From the NCBI GenBank assembly GCA_035531395.1, contig DATKTA010000035.1, forward strand, positions 72,736 to 136,735: a DNA stretch of 64,000 nucleotides, read 5' to 3'. The notes beneath the pieces were generated by a model, which was not told the DNA's origin, made no database searches, and saw only the letters and a program-made list of their open reading frames with translations. The position numbers and the translations under genes are program-made. The stretch's first letter is position 1; each line of letters starts with the position of its first letter. The DNA is from Bacteroidales bacterium (GTDB lineage Bacteria; Bacteroidota; Bacteroidia; Bacteroidales; VadinHA17). Below, one piece after another: positions 1 through 10,249 of the stretch.

Positions 1-1
1 C

Positions 2-637
2 CTTGAGATGGAACTCTTCCAGAATCCTATGTATAATACCTCAAAATCAGAAACATACCAATTCTGGAGAACAATTGCCCAGCATTTTTCAGGACACAAT
101 ACTGTAGCCTTTTATGAAATATTCAATGAACCAACAATTTATCGTGGACAACTAGGTTCGATGTCGTGGGCAGAATGGAAAAATATAAATGAAAAAATAA
201 TAAACCTGATGCGGGCATTTGATAAGGAGACAATCCCCCTTGTTGCTGGTCTTGACTGGGCATATGATCTTTCCCCGTTACATGATGATCCGGTAAATGC
301 AGAGGGAATAGCCTATGTTACACATCCTTATTCAAACAAAAGGAGTCAGCCCTGGGAACCAAAATGGGAAGAGAACTTTGGATTTGCTGCCAATAAATAT
401 CCTGTGGTTGCTACAGAGTTTGGATTTGGGGGTTTTCCCGGTCAGAAAACTGACAATGAATATGGAAACAGGATTATTAAGTACCTCGAGAGCAAAGGAA
501 TAAGCTGGATATGTTGGGTATTTGATCCGGAATGGGGCCCCAGATTATTGAAGTCATGGCAGTATGATCTGACAGAGAGCGGAATTTTCTTTAAGGATGC
601 TATGAGTGGAAAACTTGATTTTCAAAAGATTAAATGA
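2..637 (+). CDS. Glycoside hydrolase family 5 (clan GH-A), C-terminal part; 5' end outside window
   Basis: ORF is open to the window edge. It has the YEIFNEP acid/base motif and the ATEFG nucleophile motif typical of GH5. Confidence 0.75.
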   Translation, partial: LEMELFQNPMYNTSKSETYQFWRTIAQHFSGHNTVAFYEIFNEPTIYRGQLGSMSWAEWKNINEKIINLMRAFDKETIPLVAGLDWAYDLSPLHDDPVNAEGIAYVTHPYSNKRSQPWEPKWEENFGFAANKYPVVATEFGFGGFPGQKTDNEYGNRIIKYLESKGISWICWVFDPEWGPRLLKSWQYDLTESGIFFKDAMSGKLDFQKIK

Positions 638-657
638 CTGTAGAGAAATAATGCAAT

Positions 658-2196
658 ATGAAAATAAATCCATCATATAAAACCTCAATAGTTCTTGCTC
701 TATCGCTATTTTTATGCATTAGTGCAGCAGCAGTTGAACCCGTAACCCCAAATGCCTCACCAGAAGCAAAAGCCCTGCTTAAATACATCTATAGCATAAG
801 TGGAACTTATACTTTGTCAGGACAGCACAATTTCCCTGCTTCAGGTGAGAGAAACACACTTTTTGCAGCTGATTATATCGGAAAAACCCCTGTAGTTTAT
901 AGCCAGGATTTTGGCTTTGCAGCTGATGGCGACAAGGATTCATATCTCTCCCGGCCAGCTATAATTCAGGAGGTTATAAGGCAACATAAGAAAGGGGCAA
1001 TTGTTACTCTGTGCTGGCATGCAGTGCCTCCAACAGCCGAAGAACCTGTGACATTTCAACCTCTTCCGGGAAAAGACCCTGCTGAACCTCTTGCAAGTGT
1101 ACAGGGGAGATTGACAGACAAACAATTCAGGGATATTCTTACTCCCGGAACCGATCTCTATAAACAATGGATAAAACACGTAGACATAATTGCATCCTAT
1201 CTTAAACAGCTTCAGGATGCCAGGGTGCCTGTCCTATGGAGGCCTTATCATGAAATGAATGGGGACTGGTTCTGGTGGGGAGGAAGATATGAAGGCAAAT
1301 ATACCACTGCAGCCTTATACAGGCAGTTATTTGATCGTATGGTAAAATATCATAAGCTTAATAACCTGTTATGGGTATGGAGCGTAGACAGACCCAGCAG
1401 GGAAGGAAGGGAATTTGTTAAATATTATCCCGGGACAAAATACCTCGATATACTCGCAATTGATATCTACGGAAATGATTTTAACAAGTCTTATTACGAT
1501 GGATTACTTGCATTATCAGAAGGGAAACCTGTTACTTTAGGTGAAGTGGGTAACCCTCCTGCACCTGAAATACTTGAAGAACAACCTAATTGGTTTTACT
1601 GGGTTGTATGGTCAGGCATGGTCAGAGGAACCTCAGTTGATGATTATGAAAAACATACCAGGAGTAAACGCTCACTCTTTTTTGAAGATGAAGCTTACCT
1701 TAGGGGCATTAATGATTACAGGCAGGCCTGCGGACTTGATCCGGTTATTATCAGCAAAGCTGTTGATTTTTCAGGGGAATGGAGGCTTAATGAGTGCGAA
1801 AGCAGTACATCAGGTGGACGCGGATTATCAGCAGCTCCATATAAAATGATCGTCGCACAAAAAGATAATACATTGGAAATAAAATCATTCTCAGTTTCCG
1901 AATGGTCCGATGATGATATTAATGAACAATCTCTTACACTTGATGGAACAGATAATAAATCGGTCGCTTTCATGAATTCACCCCGCGTCCAGAATGCAAA
2001 CTGGTCTTCAGATAGAGATACCCTCACCATAACTTCAAAAGTGTCATTTAAGTTTGGTAACAATCAGTCGGAAATCAAATCAAAAGAGGTATGGACCGCG
2101 CAAAAGAGAGGGAAGAAACTGATAGTAGTCCAGACAAGTGACGGGTTTATGGGAAGAGGCCCGAGCACATCAAAAATGGTTTATAACAGATATTAA
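658..2196 (+). CDS. GH26 beta-mannanase-like enzyme with extra C-terminal domain
   Basis: N-terminal signal peptide. WRPYHEMNGDWFWWG matches the GH26 signature. About 150 aa of C-terminal extension has unknown function. Confidence 0.8.
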   Translation: MKINPSYKTSIVLALSLFLCISAAAVEPVTPNASPEAKALLKYIYSISGTYTLSGQHNFPASGERNTLFAADYIGKTPVVYSQDFGFAADGDKDSYLSRPAIIQEVIRQHKKGAIVTLCWHAVPPTAEEPVTFQPLPGKDPAEPLASVQGRLTDKQFRDILTPGTDLYKQWIKHVDIIASYLKQLQDARVPVLWRPYHEMNGDWFWWGGRYEGKYTTAALYRQLFDRMVKYHKLNNLLWVWSVDRPSREGREFVKYYPGTKYLDILAIDIYGNDFNKSYYDGLLALSEGKPVTLGEVGNPPAPEILEEQPNWFYWVVWSGMVRGTSVDDYEKHTRSKRSLFFEDEAYLRGINDYRQACGLDPVIISKAVDFSGEWRLNECESSTSGGRGLSAAPYKMIVAQKDNTLEIKSFSVSEWSDDDINEQSLTLDGTDNKSVAFMNSPRVQNANWSSDRDTLTITSKVSFKFGNNQSEIKSKEVWTAQKRGKKLIVVQTSDGFMGRGPSTSKMVYNRY

Positions 2197-2252
2197 GGTT
2201 ATTATTATTACTTTCTGAAATTATATTGGTTAATAACTAAATCAAAGAAATA

Positions 2253-3179
2253 ATGAATAATAGTGAGCAAAATTCAGGAAGGAGGGAATTCATCTCAAGG
2301 ATTTCCATGGTAGCAGCATTAGGTCTCATTAGCTCGAAGGGCATCAGGGCTTCAGTTCCGGAGGAACAGACTGTGTCAATGCCGGAAATAAATCTGGGCC
2401 CTCACAGGATCAGCAGGCTATTATGTGGCTCGAATCCTTTTCTCGGATATTCATATCTGGGCCAGCATACCGATAAACAGATGAAAGAATATTATACCAC
2501 AGAAAGAGCAGCAGAATTACTTCTCAAATGTGAACAGGCAGGTATAACGGCACACCAGTCATCATCAAGATCTGACTATATGAAGATCCTGAGGGAGAGG
2601 GGATCAAAAATTAAAATAATAACTCTGCAATCAGACAAGAAAGATATCAGCTCGGCTATTGAAAATGTCGATCCAATCGGGCTGGTTCATCATGGCGGGG
2701 TGACTGATCGCCTGTTTGCAGAAGGAAAATCCGAAATTGTACACGACTATGTAAAAAAGGTGAAAGATCAGGGAATTCTTGCCGGTGTTTCTGCTCATAA
2801 TCCGGATGTTATAAAAGAAATAGCTGATAAAGGGTGGGGGGTTGATTTCTTCATGACATGTTTTTATTTTCTGACCCGCAAAATGGATAAACCAGAAACT
2901 TTACCATCTCTTCCTGTCGGCAGTTACCAGTTCATGAGAGATGATCCGAAAATTATGACTGAAGTGATAAGGCAGGTAAAACAACCCTGCCTCGGATTTA
3001 AAATACTTGGTGCAGGCAGACTGTGTTCTAACCAGAAAGATGTCATGGCGGCTTTCAAATTTGCATTTGAGAATATAAAACCAACAGATGGAGTTATTGT
3101 TGGAATGTTCCCCTGGTTTTTCGATGAAGTCACTGCAAATTCTCAATATACAAGAGAACTCAGGGGCATCCGAATTTAA
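2253..3179 (+). CDS. Hypothetical exported protein with twin-arginine signal
   Basis: 308-aa ORF with GRREFISRISMVAALGL, a Tat-like signal. No catalytic motif recognised. It lies inside the glycan-utilisation gene block. Confidence 0.5.
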   Translation: MNNSEQNSGRREFISRISMVAALGLISSKGIRASVPEEQTVSMPEINLGPHRISRLLCGSNPFLGYSYLGQHTDKQMKEYYTTERAAELLLKCEQAGITAHQSSSRSDYMKILRERGSKIKIITLQSDKKDISSAIENVDPIGLVHHGGVTDRLFAEGKSEIVHDYVKKVKDQGILAGVSAHNPDVIKEIADKGWGVDFFMTCFYFLTRKMDKPETLPSLPVGSYQFMRDDPKIMTEVIRQVKQPCLGFKILGAGRLCSNQKDVMAAFKFAFENIKPTDGVIVGMFPWFFDEVTANSQYTRELRGIRI

Positions 3180-3220
3180 AAAGACTACCTGACAAACAAA
3201 CTGACAAACAGACAACCTAA

Positions 3221-4204
<984 letters not shown>

Positions 4205-4308
4205 TAATTAAGGCTGCCAGAAAGACACCAAGACACAAAGATCCACAAAATTAAATAACAATATATCTGCATGTTATACGAAATATTTATAGCTAAAATC
4301 ACTTTAAG

Positions 4309-5445
4309 ATGAAAAATCAGAGCAAAGCAATCAGGCATTGTTTGACATATTTGCTGCTAAGTCTGATTACAACAGTTATTTATGGGCAGAATATAATAAC
4401 TCCTGATAGTGTCTGGCAGGAACCATGGTATGGTGTGCCGGAGTATTATACAAAATGGAATTATCCTGATTATCAGATACCAGGATCACTTTCGAAATGG
4501 AATGATGAAAGGATAAAAATAAAGGAGACCCTTCAGAGTCTCCTTGGTGATATTCCAAAGCGCCCTGAGTCATTAAAAGTCAAGACAATATACCGGGAGC
4601 AGAAGAATGGTTATATTCTTGAGAAGTTTATAATCGACAATGGCATTGATTCATGGATTCCCGCATATCTAGCAATCCCTTCAAATGTAAAAGGTGAAGT
4701 GCCTGTCATCCTTGGTATGCATGGCCATAGCAGCAGCAAGGAGAATATATTTGGATATGATTCGAATACAGCACAGGATGTGCTTGCTCTTCTTATATCC
4801 AATGGTTATGCAGTAATGGCTATCGATAGTTATTTTAATGGGGAACGCCGCGGACAGGGTCCTGCAGGGGAGATTGAACGACAGAGTAATGGATCTGACC
4901 AGGAATTGTCACAGTTCAAGCTGAACCTGTGGTATGGCCGTTCATTATGGGGAATGCAACTACGTGATGAGCAGATCGCCATTGATTACCTTATGAGTCG
5001 CCCGGAAATAGATGGTAAAAGGATAGGAGTGGAGGGAATGAGCATGGGCAGCACACGTGCCTGGTGGGTTGCTGCCATTGACGACAGGGTAAAAGCAGTT
5101 GTTGGTGTAGCCTGTTTTACCAGATACAAAGAACTTATTGAACAGAGGCAGCTTAAGGCTCATGGCATCTATTATTTTGTTCCTGGCATCCTGAATCATT
5201 TTGATACTGAGGCTATTATGGGACTTATTGCTCCCAGGCCATTCCTGGTTCTGACGGGTGACAGTGATGCCGGATCTCCTTTATCCGGGATGCTTGTTCT
5301 TGAAAATAAGCTTAATAGTCTTTATTCACTTTATAAAAAGAATGAAAATTTCAGAAGCATAATCTACCGGAATACAGGTCATGTATATACTGATGAAATG
5401 AAGATTGAGATGCTTGACTGGTTCAATAAGTACCTTAAGAACTAA
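4309..5445 (+). CDS. Alpha/beta hydrolase (acetyl-xylan-esterase / dienelactone-hydrolase-like)
   Basis: Signal peptide. GMSMGS is a GxSxG nucleophile elbow, with a late HV(Y) histidine region. Sits in a carbohydrate gene context. Confidence 0.6.
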   Translation: MKNQSKAIRHCLTYLLLSLITTVIYGQNIITPDSVWQEPWYGVPEYYTKWNYPDYQIPGSLSKWNDERIKIKETLQSLLGDIPKRPESLKVKTIYREQKNGYILEKFIIDNGIDSWIPAYLAIPSNVKGEVPVILGMHGHSSSKENIFGYDSNTAQDVLALLISNGYAVMAIDSYFNGERRGQGPAGEIERQSNGSDQELSQFKLNLWYGRSLWGMQLRDEQIAIDYLMSRPEIDGKRIGVEGMSMGSTRAWWVAAIDDRVKAVVGVACFTRYKELIEQRQLKAHGIYYFVPGILNHFDTEAIMGLIAPRPFLVLTGDSDAGSPLSGMLVLENKLNSLYSLYKKNENFRSIIYRNTGHVYTDEMKIEMLDWFNKYLKN

Positions 5446-5465
5446 AATTTTTATATTTTAAGATA

Positions 5466-6572
5466 TTAAATATCAAAATGATGCAGATATTCTTTAAGGT
5501 CCCATGTATTACATAATCCCCTGAATTCTTCAAGCAGCTGATCGTTGAAAGGTACCCCTTTATCCTTGCGTTCCATCCATGTGTAATATTCTTTTTCACC
5601 TGCAGTAAATATCCTGTCCTGTCCGGGCATCTTCTTCGAAGCTCTTAGTTCACGAAGAATATCTCCTGTGGTCTTTTTAAAATCAGCTGGTTCGGTAAAT
5701 GCACTTATGTCGAATGCTATAAAGAAGTGTCCGATAGGATAGGGAACCTTTTTTCCATCCTTTATACCAAGCAGCATTTTCATAAAAGCACCCTGCTGTA
5801 GAGCAGCAGAAAGTATCTCAACTACAGTGGCATACCCATACCCTTTGTATCCTGCTGTCTCTTCCCCAACGCCTCCAAGAGGAGTTAGCGCAGCCTTACC
5901 CGATATAAGATCCTTAAGCACTTCAGCTGAATTTGTCTTACTCTCTCCATTTTCGTCAATAACCCATCCTTTTGGAAGATCTTTTCCCTCACGCGCATAA
6001 AGTTCCACTTTCCCTCTCTGGGTTATAGAGGTAGCACAGTCGAGAAGGAAAGGAAATGGCTCATCACTTGGTATCCCAAAAGTCATAGGATTTGTCCCCA
6101 GCATATTTTCAATGCCAAACGTTGGTGCAATGGAAGGTCTTGCATTTGTACCTGTAATCCCTATTATGTTATCTTTCACTGCCATCAGCGGATAATAGCC
6201 TGCAAAACCATAATGAGTTGAATTTCTTACAACTACCATACCCATTCCAAATTTTTTTGCCTTAGCAATGGCCAGTTTCATCGAGTTAAAACCTATTACA
6301 TGTCCCATCCCGTTATGACCATCAATCACAGCTGTGGTTGGACCCTCTTTTACAATCTCATATTCTGTTACCGGATTCAGTATACCATCCTTAATGCGGT
6401 CGAGATATATAGGTTTCAGCCTGTTGACCCCATGCGAATCAAAGCCCAGCTTATCAGCCTGTATTAAAACATCACATACAATTATGGCATCTGACTCAGG
6501 TATTCCTGCTTTTACCATCACAGCCACCATAAATTTCTCAATAATCTCAAAAGGAATAGCTTTATTACTCAT
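5466..6572 (-). CDS. Ldh_2 family malate/L-lactate/sulfolactate-type dehydrogenase
   Basis: 368 aa. DSHGVNRL and NSTHYGFAGYY motifs are characteristic of the Ldh_2 family. Confidence 0.75.
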   Translation of the reverse strand: MSNKAIPFEIIEKFMVAVMVKAGIPESDAIIVCDVLIQADKLGFDSHGVNRLKPIYLDRIKDGILNPVTEYEIVKEGPTTAVIDGHNGMGHVIGFNSMKLAIAKAKKFGMGMVVVRNSTHYGFAGYYPLMAVKDNIIGITGTNARPSIAPTFGIENMLGTNPMTFGIPSDEPFPFLLDCATSITQRGKVELYAREGKDLPKGWVIDENGESKTNSAEVLKDLISGKAALTPLGGVGEETAGYKGYGYATVVEILSAALQQGAFMKMLLGIKDGKKVPYPIGHFFIAFDISAFTEPADFKKTTGDILRELRASKKMPGQDRIFTAGEKEYYTWMERKDKGVPFNDQLLEEFRGLCNTWDLKEYLHHFDI

Positions 6573-6593
6573 AACACTTCTTTCTTTGGTTAA

Positions 6594-7238
6594 TTATTTA
6601 TCCATTAAATCAATACAATTTACATTGAAAACCATACCTGCCTCCTCGAGTCCAAGTTTTCTCGCTTTTTGAAGATCCAGACATCCACCTTCTTTGTCTC
6701 CTGTATCTATCTTTATTATGCCACTCCAATAAAACGCCTGGCTCTTTTGTAATCTGGTACTGTATATCGAGTTGGTCACCTGCTCAAAATCAGTCAGAGC
6801 GCCGTTAAAATCTCTTAGCTGATGTTTTGCCTGTCCCCTTACCAGGTAGTATTTTTCATTATCATTTCCTCCACTGATTGCTCTGGTAAAATCATTAACT
6901 GCGCCCTTGTAATCTCTTATACTGAATTCAGCCCAACCTCTTCTTCCATAAGTATTAAAATCATTAGGATTTATCTCCAGTGCTTTATTATAATCTTCAA
7001 TAGCTCCCCTGAAGTCATTAATATAGTACTTTGCCACTCCTCTGTTTTCATATGCCTCAAGAAAGGCTGGATTAAGCCTGATTGCCTCAGACAAATCAAT
7101 TATTGCTTCGGGATAATTTCTATTAGAAATCTTTTCTGTTCCGCTATAGAAATACCGCTTAGCCCTTATACCAGGAGTCTGACTATTTGCCGAAAAAAAT
7201 AATGACAACAACAACACCGCAATTGCAAGTTGTTTCAT
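6594..7238 (-). CDS. TPR-repeat secreted protein
   Basis: Signal peptide followed by repeated AxxxYxxAIxLNP-type TPR units. Confidence 0.8.
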   Translation of the reverse strand: MKQLAIAVLLLSLFFSANSQTPGIRAKRYFYSGTEKISNRNYPEAIIDLSEAIRLNPAFLEAYENRGVAKYYINDFRGAIEDYNKALEINPNDFNTYGRRGWAEFSIRDYKGAVNDFTRAISGGNDNEKYYLVRGQAKHQLRDFNGALTDFEQVTNSIYSTRLQKSQAFYWSGIIKIDTGDKEGGCLDLQKARKLGLEEAGMVFNVNCIDLMDK

Positions 7239-7301
7239 GTAAATTTAAATGCTGATTATCAATAATATATCTTTACTGATTCAGTTTGTTGCCAGATTTT
7301 T

Positions 7302-7733
7302 TTATTGTTTTTTATAAACACTCATGTAGTCTGTTCTCAGCAGATGTCCGTCTGAGGATCCCTCTATCGCCCATTTAATGCTAAGATCAGTTTCATTTAC
7401 TGTAAATGCTGTGTTAACAATTGTGCCGTTGCTCCCGGTCATTATAAGAAGATCACCTTCAACTTTCCAGTATAACTCATCTGAAATTTTCCCATCTAAA
7501 TACTTCTTTGCAGTTCCGTTATTATATATTTCCATAACGAGATATCCCGGTTCATATGTCCTGGTAGATTCATTTTGTTTCACATTATCGTAATAGTTTA
7601 TAGTTGTTGTTGAAACCTGATCCCAAACACCAACTAAAAGGGTTGTTGAATCAATTGGATCTTTTTCACAACCTGTGTTTGAAACAATAATAACTGAAAT
7701 CAAAATGATAATAAATGAATAGCTCTTCTTCAT
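7302..7733 (-). CDS. Small lipoprotein (lipocalin-like), function unknown
   Basis: Signal peptide with a lipobox-like SNTGC and a beta-rich sequence. No motif assigned. Confidence 0.55.
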   Translation of the reverse strand: MKKSYSFIIILISVIIVSNTGCEKDPIDSTTLLVGVWDQVSTTTINYYDNVKQNESTRTYEPGYLVMEIYNNGTAKKYLDGKISDELYWKVEGDLLIMTGSNGTIVNTAFTVNETDLSIKWAIEGSSDGHLLRTDYMSVYKKQ

Positions 7734-7802
7734 ATGACCTGATTTGTTTCTTCAAAAATACGAAAAAGAATTACTTCCTTCTTAAATCTTCTTCCTTTGT
7801 AT

Positions 7803-9206
7803 CTACTTTCCGATACAGAAATTCTTAAATATATTTCCCAGAATCTCATCTGATGTTATGACTCCTGTGATCTCCCCAAGATAATGTATTGCCTGACGAA
7901 TATCGGTAGCAATCAGATCGTCTGGTATTTTATTTTCAAGACCTTCAAGCACGCGTTCAAGACTTAATGAAACATTCCGCAATGCTTCATAATGCCTTAT
8001 ATTTGTGACTATTACGCTATCAGAACTTATCTTTTCCTTAACGACTGTTTCTATGAGCTTTTTTCTGAGATCTTCAAGACCTGTTTTTTCCTTTGCAGAA
8101 ATAAATAAAAGATCTTCATCAGGTGTTAAATCTATTCTGGCCGATAGCTGTTGCTGCTTAGCAGCATCTGAGGTGTCAGCCTTATTGACAAGAATTATCA
8201 ATTTCTTATCAGATTCTTTAATCTTGTCCTTTACAGATTTGATTCTCAGATTAATCTGTTCAGGAGTATCTGACACTTCATCAATCAGAAGAACAACAGA
8301 TGCCTGGGAAATCTTTTCAAAGGTTTTCTTAATTCCAAGTGATTCAATTACATCTGTTGTATCACGTAAACCGGCAGTGTCGATAAATCTGAACTCCAGT
8401 CCCTCAATTACAATTGTATCTTCTATGGTATCTCTGGTCGTCCCCGGAATATCTGATACAATTGCCTTATCCTCCATGAGAAGGGCATTCAGTAAGGTTG
8501 ACTTACCGGAATTTGGTTTTCCCACAATTACAACCGGAATACCATTCCTAACAGCATTACCTAAGCTGAATGACTCTGACAAGTTGTCCGCCAGGCCTTT
8601 AACTCTGATAATAATCTCCTTTAATTGCTTCCTGTCTGCAAATTCTACATCTTCTTCGCCGAAATCCAGCTCAAGTTCAATCAGTGAAGCAAAATTGAGC
8701 AGTTCAGATCTCAGCCTGGCAATCTCGGCAGAAAATCCACCCCGCATCTGATTTATTGAAACTCTGTGAGCTAATCGTGAAGAAGAGGCAATAACATCAG
8801 CAACCGCCTCTGCCTGTGACAGATCAAGCCGGCCATTCATGAAGGCTCTCTGTGTAAACTCACCAGGTAAAGCCAGCAATGCTCCATTTTGTGTCAATAG
8901 TTCAAGTATCTTACCAACTATATAAGGAGAAGCATGGCAAGATATCTCAACTGAGTTTTCCCCTGTATATGAATTAGGCGATCTGAATATACTCACCAGT
9001 ACCTCATCAATTACTTCACCTTCAGATCGAACCTCTCCGAACACAATCGTAAACCCCTTACTTACAATAAGGTTAACAGTTTTATCTAAAGGAAAGAAAA
9101 ACTTTGAGACAATGTTCAGAGCATCCTGACCACTTACCCTAATAATTGAAATTGCCCCTCCTGCTCCGGTAGCAGGAGCACATATTGTCTCTTCCGACCT
9201 GATCAT
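7803..9206 (-). CDS. mnmE: tRNA uridine-5-carboxymethylaminomethyl modification GTPase MnmE
   Basis: G-domain GKPNSGKSTLLN and DTAG motifs, plus the hallmark C-terminal CIGK. Start trimmed to the ATG at 9206 (MIRSEETICAPAT), matching the usual MnmE N-terminus. Confidence 0.92.
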   Translation of the reverse strand: MIRSEETICAPATGAGGAISIIRVSGQDALNIVSKFFFPLDKTVNLIVSKGFTIVFGEVRSEGEVIDEVLVSIFRSPNSYTGENSVEISCHASPYIVGKILELLTQNGALLALPGEFTQRAFMNGRLDLSQAEAVADVIASSSRLAHRVSINQMRGGFSAEIARLRSELLNFASLIELELDFGEEDVEFADRKQLKEIIIRVKGLADNLSESFSLGNAVRNGIPVVIVGKPNSGKSTLLNALLMEDKAIVSDIPGTTRDTIEDTIVIEGLEFRFIDTAGLRDTTDVIESLGIKKTFEKISQASVVLLIDEVSDTPEQINLRIKSVKDKIKESDKKLIILVNKADTSDAAKQQQLSARIDLTPDEDLLFISAKEKTGLEDLRKKLIETVVKEKISSDSVIVTNIRHYEALRNVSLSLERVLEGLENKIPDDLIATDIRQAIHYLGEITGVITSDEILGNIFKNFCIGK

Positions 9207-9377
9207 TCTTTTTACGATTATAAATAACAAATGTATGAAACTTAATCGAAGTGAGGATGACCAGATTTTGGCAGATGTCAGTTTAAATCAGAGAATATTT
9301 AACTTAGTCTTCCGCTTTATTACTTCAACAGAATGACTGAATAAATTAAAGAGCGTCTGCCACCGAGAGTCTATAGT

Positions 9378-9436
9378 CCTGAACCCTGAGCCCTGACCCT
9401 GAGCCCTGAGCCCTGAGCCCTGAGCCCTGAGTTCAG
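9378..9436. repeat. Heptanucleotide microsatellite (CCCTGAG)n, about 7 units
   Basis: Read directly: cctgaa ccctgag ccctga ccctgag x5. Lies in the gap between the LolA-like gene 3' end and the mnmE 5' end. Confidence 0.95.
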
Positions 9437-9461
9437 TGTCCATCGTCATACAATCCTTAAA

Positions 9462-10232
9462 TTAACGTTCCAGATTTTGAATACTGAATACAGAATCATC
9501 AACTTTTGCCCCTTCAGCAATATTTGTCATCTTAATTTCCGATTTTCGGTTTGTTCTCAGGTTGGAAGATAACATATCGCTTACAATGAATTTCCCTTCA
9601 GGGAGGTTATGAATTCCTTTAATCTCAATTATTTTGTAAATAACATTTTCAAAATTATAGATTTCCATCTTCTGTACCTGGTAATTCACCTTATCTATGT
9701 AACTCACCTTCTTTGAATAGCCATACTCATCAGCCTTATCCTCATCGACGGGTATGCTTTCAATGACAAACTGATTATTACTGCCCGATTGTGTTGTATG
9801 TTTATGGACAAAATCACTTACTGGTGGAGAACTCATATCGGCATTTGTAAACTCTGAATTCATAAAGCTCTTACCCTTCTCCGAGCTAACAATGCGACGG
9901 GTTTTTTTCAATGCTGGCAAATATATCCACATCTCATCTGCTGTTTTTAAGTTGTCAATTATCAACATTGCTGTCCCCTTTACGTCTGGTGGGGAGAGGA
10001 ATTTGATATATCTTTTCCCCACGTCTTCAGGAAAGCTTTTTGTTGACATAGCAAATGTCCTGTTCCTGGTGCTTCCATTCTTCTCTGTTATTGTCAGAGT
10101 TATATTGGCACTTATTGTACCTGCGATGCTTAGCTCCCTCGATTTGTCCATAATAATTTCAGGTTCAGGCAATTGAGCTGCTCCCTGTAGAATTGTCAGC
10201 AGGACGAATAATGCTGTTACTGATATTTTCAT
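9462..10232 (-). CDS. Outer-membrane lipoprotein-sorting (LolA-like) protein
   Basis: Signal peptide. The pattern RYIKFLSPPDVKGTAMLI..DEMWIYLPALKKTRRI..SFMNSEFTNADM is typical of the LolA_like family found next to MMPL exporters. Confidence 0.7.
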   Translation of the reverse strand: MKISVTALFVLLTILQGAAQLPEPEIIMDKSRELSIAGTISANITLTITEKNGSTRNRTFAMSTKSFPEDVGKRYIKFLSPPDVKGTAMLIIDNLKTADEMWIYLPALKKTRRIVSSEKGKSFMNSEFTNADMSSPPVSDFVHKHTTQSGSNNQFVIESIPVDEDKADEYGYSKKVSYIDKVNYQVQKMEIYNFENVIYKIIEIKGIHNLPEGKFIVSDMLSSNLRTNRKSEIKMTNIAEGAKVDDSVFSIQNLER

Positions 10233-10249
10233 GATCGTTTTCGTTTAAT

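Noticed and set aside
8005-8751. 248-aa ORF antisense to mnmE. Similar long antisense ORFs occur at 11778-12338, 27319-27816, 50358-50870 and 59689-60153.
   Set aside because: They lie entirely inside well-supported genes on the opposite strand. They have low-complexity Ser/Ile/Leu-rich composition and no motifs. These are typical shadow ORFs.
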